From a virus (Duplodnaviria > Caudoviricetes): a DNA stretch of 64,000 bases. Positions 44,857 through 54,028 of this stretch are shown here, in pieces; the stretch's first letter is position 1, and every line of letters begins with the position of its first letter. Both the position numbers and the translations under genes were made by a program. Below the pieces are notes generated by a model, which did not search any database, had not been told where the DNA came from, and was given only the letters and a program-made list of their open reading frames with translations. The DNA is taken from positions 18,026-82,025 of IMG/VR virus record IMGVR_UViG_2895374923_000003. One strand, written 5' to 3'.

Positions 44857-45456
44857 ATGGACACCCAGGCACCCGCGCCCCTCCCAGCGGTCGGCGAAAC
44901 CATCACCCTCCCGTACACCGCCCGCGCAACCATCAAGGCCGAGATCGTCATGTGGGGGGATGCGAAGGACTCCACGTGGAGGGTCTGTGTCGCCAAGGGG
45001 GCACGACGTGACAGCCCCCACAAGACGAGGTTCGCCGTCTTCGCCATCGAGACCACCGACACGCAGCGCACGCCCCGCTTCGTCATCTGGCACACGAAAG
45101 ACGCGATGTGGCGCACCTACCGCGAGCGCTTCACCTCCGCCGTCTACCGGGCCGTGGTCGGCCTCACCCACTACGTGAGGTACCTCGACGGGCAAGACGT
45201 CCGCATCCCGCTGACGTTCCTGGAACTGCGCGGTCAGGGCTGTTTCCGCATCCTGGGGCCTGACTTCACCGCCGTACTGGAGCACCACGGAGGCCGCCGC
45301 TACAGCCTTCACTACGGCCCCCAGGGCGAGGTCGCCGAATCGATGCCGGTCAAGGGGCGCAACCACGCCCTCCAGGCTCTGGCTGCCTTCCACGAATTGC
45401 CGGCAGATCGGCTCGACGCCGTCGACTACAAGGGCGACCCGCTGACCTCCCGTTAG
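44857..45456 (+). CDS. Hypothetical protein
   Basis: CCGAAGGA RBS after C/A-rich leader; first gene of the rightward operon. Confidence 0.65.
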   Translation: MDTQAPAPLPAVGETITLPYTARATIKAEIVMWGDAKDSTWRVCVAKGARRDSPHKTRFAVFAIETTDTQRTPRFVIWHTKDAMWRTYRERFTSAVYRAVVGLTHYVRYLDGQDVRIPLTFLELRGQGCFRILGPDFTAVLEHHGGRRYSLHYGPQGEVAESMPVKGRNHALQALAAFHELPADRLDAVDYKGDPLTSR

Positions 45457-45522
45457 ACCGCAACAGGCCCGCCTCACCAGCGGGCCCGCCACCTCCACCA
45501 CCCACCACCGAAGGAAGCCGTC

Positions 45523-45858
45523 ATGCGCCACGACCCCCGCCCGCCCTACCAGCCGGGCGACACCCTCTCAGGCATGTACTTCGACCGGGGGACCACACTC
45601 GGCCCGGTCGTCGTCACCTCGTGCGTGATGGATGCCAGCGCGGCACACGGGACGCGCTGGAAGATCCAGGGCACCGCTTCGACCTCCGGCGGACCCAAGC
45701 CGGTGTCCTACACCGTCAACCGCAACGGCGAGTCCGACTACTGCTCGCCGCGCCGCTGCCGCGTGTGCAAAGGCCAGGGAACCGTTCGGCTCAACGACGG
45801 GGCATGGCCCCCAGTTTGGGCCTGCGACACCCACCAGCACGACCCCATCAAGCTCTGA
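45523..45858 (+). CDS. Hypothetical protein with C-terminal zinc ribbon
   Basis: CRVC..CDTH; repeat leader upstream. Confidence 0.65.
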   Translation: MRHDPRPPYQPGDTLSGMYFDRGTTLGPVVVTSCVMDASAAHGTRWKIQGTASTSGGPKPVSYTVNRNGESDYCSPRRCRVCKGQGTVRLNDGAWPPVWACDTHQHDPIKL

Positions 45859-45950
45859 CGAGCCCTCCGCAGGCCGGACCCAGCCGGGCCCGGCCCGCCG
45901 GGGAGTCCGCCAGGACTGCCACCAAACACCGCCACCGAAGGAATCCGCCC

Positions 45951-47063
45951 ATGCTGACGATCGCCCGCAACCGCATGGCCAAACTCGCTGAGATCCGCGA
46001 CGCCATCACCCACCTGCACCACTACGCGTGGGACAAGAAAGAGCGCCGCTGGGTCTCCTGCCAGACCTGGGGGTACATCAACCGCGTCGTCACCGTGGCC
46101 GACGCCTTCGAGGTGCTGGCCCGCTACAACGACGCCCGGCTGATCGAACACGAGCCCGGCCAGACCTACACGATCACCTACGGCGGAACCCGCGAGACCG
46201 GAACACTCCGCCGCACCATCGTTCTGGTGGCCACCCCGATCACGGCGGGCATGAAGGGGATCACCTTCCACCCTGATCACAACCCAGACCTGACTGTGCC
46301 AGTCGACGTGATCGACGTCCAGGCCGCCCTAGAAGACGACACCCCGGCGGCTATTGCCCGCATCGACCACGACGGCGTGGAGCTCACCGTGCCCACCACC
46401 AAGCTGCGCCCCGAGCCGTGGATCTGGACCCCCTCGCCCGAATACCTGGCCGAGCAGGCCCGGGCCGAGGAGTCCAGCCGGAACGCCGACGAGATCGAAC
46501 AGGGACCGCGCACCGACTGGCTGGTCCCCTCGACCACCCGCTACACCCTGCGAGACCGGACCCAGATCGTGGACGACTTCGAGGTCCGCGACGTGTTCGC
46601 GAACGGCAACGTGCTCGCCTACGACATCAGCGGCCAGCCCCTGGAGGGACTCACCGTTTGGGACATCGAGCCCGTCGGGCCTCCCCCTTGCCCCAACTGC
46701 GGAGCGGACTGGGACGACGAGGGGGCGGTGTGCAGCGAGTGCGACACCATCCTGTGCGAATGCGGCGAGCCGGTCGACGGAGACGGCTACGACGGCAAAT
46801 GCGGCACCTGCGCGGACATCGAATACCGCAGCGAGGAAGAAGAAGAGACGGGCCCGCGCACCAACACCGACACCCCGTCAGCCCAGGTCTACGTGGACCG
46901 CACCGGGCCCGGCCATGTGCGCATCCTCTCCGTTGACCCCGACGCCCTGGCCCACGTACTCGGTGCTGACAGCGTCACCGGCTATGCCAGCGCCTGGGAC
47001 CTCGACCCTGTCGACTGCACCTGTGGGCACTGCATGACGCAGGAAGCCGTACTCGCCCGCTAG
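45951..47063 (+). CDS. Hypothetical multi-module protein with Cys-rich C-terminus
   Basis: CPNC..CSEC..CECG..CGTC and CTCGHC; repeat leader upstream. Confidence 0.7.
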   Translation: MLTIARNRMAKLAEIRDAITHLHHYAWDKKERRWVSCQTWGYINRVVTVADAFEVLARYNDARLIEHEPGQTYTITYGGTRETGTLRRTIVLVATPITAGMKGITFHPDHNPDLTVPVDVIDVQAALEDDTPAAIARIDHDGVELTVPTTKLRPEPWIWTPSPEYLAEQARAEESSRNADEIEQGPRTDWLVPSTTRYTLRDRTQIVDDFEVRDVFANGNVLAYDISGQPLEGLTVWDIEPVGPPPCPNCGADWDDEGAVCSECDTILCECGEPVDGDGYDGKCGTCADIEYRSEEEEETGPRTNTDTPSAQVYVDRTGPGHVRILSVDPDALAHVLGADSVTGYASAWDLDPVDCTCGHCMTQEAVLAR

Positions 47064-47139
47064 ACCCACCACCAGGCCCGCATCACCAACGGGCCCGCAC
47101 CACCACCACCACCAACCACCACCCCGAAGGAAGATCACC

Positions 47140-47676
47140 ATGGGCACTCACACCATCGACGCCCTGGCCGTCGTGACCTACCACGTCCCCGACTCAACCC
47201 CGCCCGCCCAAGCCCTGGAGCTCCTCCGTGCGATCCTGGCGGAAGGGATCGAGTACGACGACCAGCCCGCCCCAGGGCACGACCCCAGGATCCTCCTGAC
47301 GTGCATCTCCAGCCGCCGGGACCCGGTGCTGATCACCGGAGACGACGACGGCATCCCCTACCCGGACGAGTGCGCAGTCCCGTTCGCGCCCGCCGTCCTC
47401 GACACCCTGCTGACCAATCAGGCCACCAGCTTCTACGAGGCGACGAGCGAGCTTCGTAAGTTCTCCACCGAGGCTGCGCACCTGAAGTGGTTGCGGGACG
47501 AGTGGGGCAGGGTTGTGCAGTCTGAGCGTGCGGCCCTGGTCGCCCTGATCGGGCTGCGCTGGCCGCGCCTGACACCGGAGCAGCTCGCCGAGGTCCTCGA
47601 TGGCCTGGAGCGCGTGCACGGCACCATGGACGACTTTCTCAACGGCGGCGCTCGACGCCCGCCCTACCTGGCCTGA
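47140..47676 (+). CDS. Hypothetical protein
   Basis: Repeat leader upstream; terminator downstream. Confidence 0.65.
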   Translation: MGTHTIDALAVVTYHVPDSTPPAQALELLRAILAEGIEYDDQPAPGHDPRILLTCISSRRDPVLITGDDDGIPYPDECAVPFAPAVLDTLLTNQATSFYEATSELRKFSTEAAHLKWLRDEWGRVVQSERAALVALIGLRWPRLTPEQLAEVLDGLERVHGTMDDFLNGGARRPPYLA

Positions 47677-47693
47677 CCTGCTCTGACGCCACG

Positions 47694-47730
47694 ACAAGCC
47701 CCGGCCTGACAGCCGGGGCTTGTTGCGTTT
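47694..47730 (+). terminator. Intrinsic terminator
   Basis: ACAAGCCCCGGC-ctgaca-GCCGGGGCTTGT followed by a T-rich tract. Confidence 0.75.
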
Positions 47731-47746
47731 TGGTCACAGCCCGTCG

Positions 47747-47792
47747 GCATGCGCGAAAGCGCTAATACATGTAGCGCTTTACGAGATATGCT
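47747..47792. promoter_or_regulatory. Dyad operator/promoter, copy 5
   Basis: GCATGCGCGAAAGCGCTAATACATGTAGCGCTTTACGAGA followed by -10-like TATGCT. Confidence 0.7.
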
Positions 47793-47830
47793 GAGGCTCC
47801 GCCCGACAGCAACCCCGGAAGGACCCCCAG

Positions 47831-50215
47831 ATGGCCCGCAAGATCGCCCCCGCCAAGACCCCCACCATCGCCATCGCCCGCGCCCTCCGCTCTATCGGCC
47901 TGGTCCAGGGCCGGGACTTCAAGGTCGAAGGCGTCTACCGGCGGTGCACCGCATACGGCGAGCGCATCAAGGAGCGCACCGGCACCCAGGTGAGCCTGTT
48001 CGGCACCCACGCCGAGCGCGTGGTCTGGGAGCGGGCCGAGGAGATCGAGCGCTACACCCAGGCCGAGGGATACACCTTCGGCGTGCGCAGCATCGCGGTC
48101 ACCGCCGGGGGGCACCGCATCCTGGCCGTGGGCAACGTGTACGAGTCCAACTGGCGCGAGGTCCGCAAGGCCGAGGCCGAGGCCGCCAAGCTCGCCGAAG
48201 TCCGCGCCCTGGGCCTGCCCGACGAGGCCGCTCACCTCACGCCTGACGCGCTGATCCGCTTCGCCGCCCACGTCTTCCAGACCGAGGGCAATACCGACGC
48301 CTGGCACGCGATCAGCGGCGCAATGGAGAACGCCGACCAGACCATGAGTGATGACGGGCAGCCCTACCCCGGCCACATCCTCTGGAGCGACTTCTACGCC
48401 AAGCGCTGGGCCGAGATCGCCATCGCAGGCTGGGAGACTCATGTCGCCGCTGGCCTCCCTTCTGACGAGCTGCCCACCCTCGCGCACCCCCTCGCCGTCG
48501 ACTACTTCGGCTGGGAGATCGAGGCCCCCGCCTGCCCCGTCAACCCGCCAGTCCCCGGCGACATGGTCAACCTCCGCCCGGTTGGCTTCGACGCCCACCT
48601 GTACGACGTCATTGCAGCCACCCCCGCCGCGTCCGGTGCTGCTGTCCTGGCCGAGCACCGCACACCCACTGGTCGCACCATGTTCGCCGTCTACACCCTC
48701 ACCCCGCAGGGCCCCGCCGACGTGGTCGCCTACTACGGCTGGCACGACCCCGAGACAGCAGCCAAGCGGGCCCGTCTCGCCTTCTACGACCGCGAACACG
48801 AGCTGAGCGCCTCACCCCCCTCCACCGGCTCACCACCGCCGCCTGAGCAACCCCTCAGAGCCCGCCTCACCACCGGGCCGACACCACCACCAACCCGAGG
48901 CCGCCCGCCGTGTACCCACAGATCAGCCGCAGGCCCGCCGCTGAGGCACTTGCCTACCGAGTCGAGCCCATCGGCCACCTCTGCCCCGCTTGCTTCCCGC
49001 CGTACGACAACGACGACGCCGAGATCGGCGAGGTCTACCCCTGGACCCTCGACATGGAGCCCGGCGAGCCCGACTTCACCTGCGCCCTCTGCGCTCGCGT
49101 CATCGCCACCGCGCCGCCCGAGCCCGTCGACGACTAACCCACCAGGCCCGACTCACCACCGGGCCCGCACCGCCACCAACCAACCACCTGAAGGAGCCCC
49201 CACCATGACCGCCTACATCACCCCCGCCATGCTCCGCGCACTGACCTACGCCCACGAGACCCGGCAACAGGGCAAGCCCGGCATCATCTATCGGGGCGGC
49301 CCCCAGCTCGGCGAGCCCGGCCAGCACGCCACCGCCGCCACCCTCTCCGCGCTCGTCCGTCGAGGTCTGGTCACGCCGATCACGGCCGAGACCACTACCC
49401 GCCGAGGCCACCGCGTCCAGACCCTCGACGCCGCCCAGATCACCGACGACGGAAGCGCCTGGATCGAGAAGCTCCAGCAACTGGAGAACGCGGCCAATAG
49501 CGCTGACCCCATGGCCGACTACGTCGCCGACATGGCCGCCATGCACGACGTGTTCACCGAGCAGGCCACCGCCTACGCCGAGGGCTTCGAGCTGGTCGAC
49601 CCGCCTGCCAACTTCGCCCCCGCCACTGACGACGAAGAAGCGCCCAGCGCACCCCGCACCCTGCCGCACGTCACGATCAAGGCCCGCGACCTCAAGCCCG
49701 GCCACCTGATCCACGAGTGCTGCGCTGACTACATCCTGGTGCTCGAGGTCATCGAGAAGTTCGAGGGCTGGTCAAGCGTCGTCCACACCAACGACGAACA
49801 CCCCAGGATCGGCCTCTCTTACCCCTTCGACGCCGACGTGATCGTCTCCATCCTCACCCTGAGCGTCCCGCCCCTCGCCGCTCCGGCCACGCTCACCGAG
49901 CAACTCGCCGCCGAAGAGATCGCCATCGCCCTGCGCGCCCTCGGTGCCTACGTCCACACCTACGGCATCGAGGACGGGCACGACGTCTTCAGCAACCGCC
50001 AGCTCGACGTCGCCCGCAGGGTGGGCCACCTCTGGCACCGGCACCGGCCCGACCTCGCCGCCTTGCTCGGCGACGACGTAGAGACTGCGCTCCGCACGCT
50101 GGGCGAACTCGTCGAGACCTACGGCCTGGAGGACGACGAGAACGCCCTCACCGCCACCCAGCGCGAGATCGCCGAGAAGATCGGCCAGCTCTGGCAAGCC
50201 GACATAGACGCCTAG
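47831..50215 (+). CDS. Open frame joining two hypothetical genes (47831 to about 48850, and 49205-50215)
   Basis: No stop in frame; the 48850-49204 part translates as low-complexity sequence across two repeat leaders; 49205 has its own GAAGGAG RBS and a duplicated 55-aa module. Confidence 0.6.
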   Translation: MARKIAPAKTPTIAIARALRSIGLVQGRDFKVEGVYRRCTAYGERIKERTGTQVSLFGTHAERVVWERAEEIERYTQAEGYTFGVRSIAVTAGGHRILAVGNVYESNWREVRKAEAEAAKLAEVRALGLPDEAAHLTPDALIRFAAHVFQTEGNTDAWHAISGAMENADQTMSDDGQPYPGHILWSDFYAKRWAEIAIAGWETHVAAGLPSDELPTLAHPLAVDYFGWEIEAPACPVNPPVPGDMVNLRPVGFDAHLYDVIAATPAASGAAVLAEHRTPTGRTMFAVYTLTPQGPADVVAYYGWHDPETAAKRARLAFYDREHELSASPPSTGSPPPPEQPLRARLTTGPTPPPTRGRPPCTHRSAAGPPLRHLPTESSPSATSAPLASRRTTTTTPRSARSTPGPSTWSPASPTSPAPSALASSPPRRPSPSTTNPPGPTHHRARTATNQPPEGAPTMTAYITPAMLRALTYAHETRQQGKPGIIYRGGPQLGEPGQHATAATLSALVRRGLVTPITAETTTRRGHRVQTLDAAQITDDGSAWIEKLQQLENAANSADPMADYVADMAAMHDVFTEQATAYAEGFELVDPPANFAPATDDEEAPSAPRTLPHVTIKARDLKPGHLIHECCADYILVLEVIEKFEGWSSVVHTNDEHPRIGLSYPFDADVIVSILTLSVPPLAAPATLTEQLAAEEIAIALRALGAYVHTYGIEDGHDVFSNRQLDVARRVGHLWHRHRPDLAALLGDDVETALRTLGELVETYGLEDDENALTATQREIAEKIGQLWQADIDA
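48910..49137 (+). CDS. Small zinc-ribbon protein nested out of frame in the 47831-50215 ORF
   Basis: CPAC..CALC; flanked by repeat leaders; GAGG RBS. Confidence 0.6.
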   Translation: MYPQISRRPAAEALAYRVEPIGHLCPACFPPYDNDDAEIGEVYPWTLDMEPGEPDFTCALCARVIATAPPEPVDD

Positions 50216-50244
50216 CCGTACCGCCCGGCAATCCCTTCGCCGCC

Positions 50245-50502
50245 ATGAGCTACCTCCCCGACGCCCTGGCCTGGAAGCCCGACATCCCCAAAGACCGCAA
50301 GGGCGCAAGGGTCCGCCACTACGACCAGGGAGACCGCGACATCCAAGGGGCCGGAACGGTGACCTTCACCCTCGCCGGGGGAGCGGGCCGCTGGTTCGTC
50401 CAGCGCTCCCACTTCGGCGCAAGCCCTGAACCCCACAGGACGCGCTACTTCCCCAACCGCCGCACGGCCCGCGAGTGCTTCGAGCACCTGGCCTACGAGT
50501 AA
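50245..50502 (+). CDS. Hypothetical protein
   Basis: Phage codon usage; continues the small-gene array. Confidence 0.6.
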   Translation: MSYLPDALAWKPDIPKDRKGARVRHYDQGDRDIQGAGTVTFTLAGGAGRWFVQRSHFGASPEPHRTRYFPNRRTARECFEHLAYE

Positions 50503-50526
50503 CCACCAACAACCGAAGGACCACCC

Positions 50527-50818
50527 ATGTACGACTTCACCATGCAGGACGCCGAACTGACCGCCGCCACCGAGAGCCGCGAGGTCTGGCGACTCCACCC
50601 CAACCACGGCCTCGCCTTCCTGGTCGCCTACTACGCCCCCCGACGACGGCTACATCTGGGGCGAGGTCTTCCCCGACAAGGACGGCGACGGCTGGGTCTG
50701 GTCCGTCTGGAACGGCTCCAACTGCGTGCGCGGGATGCGCGGGAAAAGGCCCGAGGGGTCCGCCGAGATCGCGGTCAAGCGCGCCGAGGACCTCGTGAAC
50801 AAGACCCTCAGCGCCTAG
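50527..50818 (+). pseudogene. Small gene with a +1 frameshift in a C6 run
   Basis: Removing one C at 50636-50641 gives ..YAPDDGYIWGEVFPDKDGDGWVWSVW..LVNKTLSA* ending just before the terminator. Confidence 0.6.
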
Positions 50819-50830
50819 CACCCAACCCCA

Positions 50831-50856
50831 GGCCCCCGGCATCGCCGGGGGCTTCC
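50831..50856 (+). terminator. Terminator hairpin ending the small-gene array
   Basis: GCCCCCGGC-atc-GCCGGGGGC then TT. Confidence 0.6.
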
Positions 50857-51819
50857 GCATGTCCGGGCCCTGCTGACGGCCCGAAATCGCGCCAGGCTCA
50901 GCGCACTCCGTTGCCGACACGATGCCCCACAGCATGCCCACGGACTCGACCGGCCCGCCCACGTCGCCGGTACGGCGCAGCTCACGATTATTCAGCGCGA
51001 TTATCTGGCCCATTCTTCCGAGCCATTTTTGAATATGTGTAGCTATCGGTAAATGGTGCTCACTGATAATTGATGTGTCCGTGCGTAGCAAGTCCACCAC
51101 ATGGCGGCACCTCAGTTTGTCAGGACATACCGCCACGGGCCTTGAAAATGGCGGGACGCAGTGGCCTAAAGTCAAGCTCTGAACCCTACAAATCGTGGAA
51201 AAGCGCCAACTTGGCCACCTCGGCGACCTCCGAAAGAGGCTCGCGATGTCATTCCTTCGCGCCTTGCGTTCGTGCAGGTCAGCGCCTCGGCCTGAAAGGC
51301 TAGGAGATGTAACCATCTCCACGCGTCCACGTCTATGCAGGTCAAAGCAGCAATTCTGTCAGCGGTCAGCATTAAGCCAGCAAGTGCGCACAGGTACGCC
51401 GAACCCTTTGGTGCATCGTGGCGGCATGTGTACGCGCATGGATTTTGTAGGAAACCATGAACTTCTCAGCCCTCTTGACAAATGCGACCCCCGCCCACCG
51501 TTAAACACGTCTTATGCAACGTATCCAGCCCGGTTTTCTGGGCGTCTCGCGCCAGAGGCTATAAGACAGTGGCCAATGTGAAGTGGAATGGCTCGCAGTT
51601 GCCGAGAAGTGACTGGCGAGTGCTTGTAGTACATCTCAGGAAAGGTGTGACTCAAAGGCGAGAGGAAAAATCCGCTCGAAAACGCATGCGTTTGTCTGGG
51701 TGAAAGAGGGTCTATCTTGAAAATGAAACCTCCCCAGAAAGTGGCGAGGTGGCGGCCATGCTGGCAGCGGCGGCCCGCCGATACGCTAGCGGGCACAGAT
51801 CCGATAAGGGAGGGGCGAA

Positions 51820-52272
51820 GTGGCGAACTACAAGGCACACCCAGAAGAGATCCGACTCGACTTCAACGCGGGCCTGCCGTACGCGGTGATCGCGAAGAAG
51901 TACGGCATGACGGTCGGCGGTGTACAACAAGCGGCCGAGCGCGAGGGGTTCCAGGGCGGGAATGTGAGTCACAAATCCTTCCTCCCGTGGATCATCGCAA
52001 CGGAGCACCAACACAGTCGGGAGGCGACGAACCTACGTAATCTGTCCCGTTATGTACAGTTCGCTGATGTACCCGAGGTGAAGCTGAACACCGCCTTGCG
52101 CTGGTTGCTCAGTCAGGTCGAGCGGGGCCTAGACATCGACTACGACCGGGACTGCGGATTTACGACGAAGCCGCTGGCCCCAGGAGGTCACCTGAGCGCC
52201 GTCCACGAGAATGTCAGGGTTCGCAGGGAGTCGGAAACTACGGAGAACGCCGCCGACTCTGCATCGACTTGA
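51820..52272 (+). CDS. Actinophage immunity repressor-like HTH protein
   Basis: GLPYAVIAKKYGMTVGGVQ HTH, then LPW..EHQ..NLR..W..DYD..GF pattern as in L5 gp71-type repressors; GGAGG RBS. Confidence 0.65.
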   Translation: MANYKAHPEEIRLDFNAGLPYAVIAKKYGMTVGGVQQAAEREGFQGGNVSHKSFLPWIIATEHQHSREATNLRNLSRYVQFADVPEVKLNTALRWLLSQVERGLDIDYDRDCGFTTKPLAPGGHLSAVHENVRVRRESETTENAADSAST

Positions 52273-52495
52273 GGAGGGTTTGGTTGGCTAGGATCGCTCG
52301 CCATTAAACATCTTACGGAGAACCACGCCCCCCAAGCACATGCTCGACGCATTCGGCGACAACCCTCCCGTCGACCTCAACCTGCTCGACATGCATGAGT
52401 GGACGGTGCTTCCAGCCCGTCCCCGCCCAGACTGGCTGCGGCCTAACAACTTTGAGCCCGCTCTGGCCATGCCGGGGGTGTCCCTATGGAGTTTG

Positions 52496-52806
52496 TCAAG
52501 CAGCGGGGCGCTGGTTGAGCAGGCTGGTGAGGTCGTCGAGGCACGTAGCGAGGTCCTCTTGCGTGGCGAGGTTGTAGCGGGTGCTCGTGGTGGCGCCGCC
52601 GGTGGGGTGGCCGAGATCGAGTTCGGCTTCTCCGCTGGTCCAGATGGTGAGCTGGGCGAGGTTGTGGGTGTTCTCGCAGGTGGCCCAGACTGCGGGCTTG
52701 TCGGTCGTGGCCCGGTGGTGAGTAGCCAGTGGATGCCTGCTGCTTCCCAGATTGGTCCGCGGTCCTGGATGGCGGCGGCGATCAGGTCTGGGGTGAACTC
52801 GTTCAT
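52496..52806 (-). pseudogene. Frameshifted polymorphic-toxin immunity gene (TriTu-like)
   Basis: 1-bp deletion near 52708; repaired frame reads TDKPAVWATCEN..AQLTIWTSGEAELDL..LATCLDDLTSLL. Confidence 0.5.
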
Positions 52807-52829
52807 GTGGGTGATCGTCTCACGGGGGT

Positions 52830-53400
52830 CCATCCGGCCGCCTGAGCGGCGGGCGAGGCAGATGAGGGCGGCGTTGTGCCTTTGGCCTCGGCTCTCTTCT
52901 GGTCGTAGTAGGCCCTGCTCAGCGGGTCGGCGAGGGAGGCAAACGTGGCCAGGAAGATGGCGCGGTTCAAGGCTTTGTTGCCGCCTTTGGTTGGGTGTTC
53001 ACCTCGGATGGCGGAGCCGGAGCGGCGTGTGACGGGGGCGAGGCCGGCATAGGCGGCCAGATGTCCGCGGGTGGGGAAGGCAGTGATGTCGCCGATCTTC
53101 AGAAGGACACGGGAGGCGGTTCTGATCTCGAAGCCGAGCATCGAGATCAGAACCTCGGTGAGAAGGCGCGGATCGAGCATCCCCTCGACCTATGCCGCGA
53201 TCTGTTTGCGCTGGTTGTGGACTGATAGCAGGAGCGGGCCAGGTGCGGCAGGACGGTCACGTCTGCGGTGGTCCCGGGAACGGTGACGGTCTAGGCGTCC
53301 AGTGCGGTCTTGATCGCCTCGACCATTCGCAGGAGCGGATGTTCGAGCTGGGAAGGGGATTCGTCATCACAGCCGAGGAGCTCACGGACGTCGACCCAGG
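52830..53400 (-). pseudogene. IS110-family transposase remnant
   Basis: EVLISMLGFEIRTA..FPTRGHLAAYAGLAPVTRRSGSAIRGE..GGNKAL..SRAYYDQKRAE; several stops and frameshifts. Confidence 0.85.
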
Positions 53401-54028
53401 TACGTTCATCGAGGTGCGCTGATATCGCTCGTGACCTACAAGGCGCGCTGAGCAACGACCTGTACGAGCCAGCGAGCCGAGCCCGAGCCTGGCGCTACTT
53501 CGGGGATGCTCAGTTTGTTGGGCATGAGATCGGTAAGTGTGAATCCCCTGCTGGAACGCAAGGGGCCGCCCCGCCCTTGATGAGGTCGGGCGGCCTGTTT
53601 GGCTCGTGCCGAGCCCTGTATCAGTACCACCATCACCACGCGGTAACCATGGTTCACTCGCGGGTGGGTACATCTCGACTTCGCCTGACGGGCGCGATTT
53701 TGGGAGTACTTCCTGCTGGTCCTATGCCGAGGGAGCGAGTGGACCGACAAGCGCCGATACAACGGATGCGGTCTTGCTCGACTTATTGGTGCGTGTCCTG
53801 CTGGACCTGGCGTATGTATCAGTTCACTGAACCGAAAATATCACGCTATGTACCTGGATGATGTCAGGGGCGATCTTGCAGAGTGGTCGTTCGAAAGTTA
53901 CGCTTTGCCCGTTTGGTTGTGTGTTCTGAGCCTCCGGGCCGATGGATCTGCTGCGTGCCGGATGGAGCGGAGAACGTCTGACGTCCTGTGCGGGGACGTC
54001 CCTCGTCGGTTCGGAGTGTGAATAGCAC

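Larger units (their letters stand above)
45464..49204 (+). repeat. Dispersed intergenic repeat: GGCCCG-(c/a)TCACCA-CGGGCC hairpin plus C/A-rich tract plus CCGAAGGA RBS
   Basis: Copies at about 45464-45522, 47070-47139, 48857-48909 and 49138-49204; degenerate copy at about 45873-45950. Confidence 0.75.
1..50860 (+). mobile_element. Large actinomycete myovirus-type phage/prophage (partial; left end outside window)
   Basis: Contiguous baseplate, tail, holin, replisome, nucleotide metabolism, endolysin and small-gene arm with uniform C-rich coding strand; composition changes near 50.9-51.0 kb. Right boundary approximate; no integrase or att seen. Confidence 0.85.

Noticed and set aside
45464-49204. 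Repeat-spacer pattern as a CRISPR array
   Set aside because: Repeats vary in sequence and are separated by whole genes of 0.2-1.6 kb, not 30-40 bp spacers; no cas1/cas2. The Cas4-like gene is a stand-alone phage nuclease.
50537-51760. ORFs 50537-51322 (-), 51172-51372 (-), 51195-51581 (+) and 51482-51703 (+)
   Set aside because: Atypical codon usage, no recognisable motifs, mutually overlapping; more likely regulatory or decayed DNA.
51043-51819. Mycobacteriophage L5-type stoperators (GGTGGMTGTCAAG)
   Set aside because: Only partial TGTCAAG matches; no convincing multi-copy 13-mer found by eye.
50860-54028. Integrase or attachment site at the right boundary
   Set aside because: No tyrosine or serine recombinase motifs and no tRNA-linked repeat seen; an att core cannot be identified without the other end.
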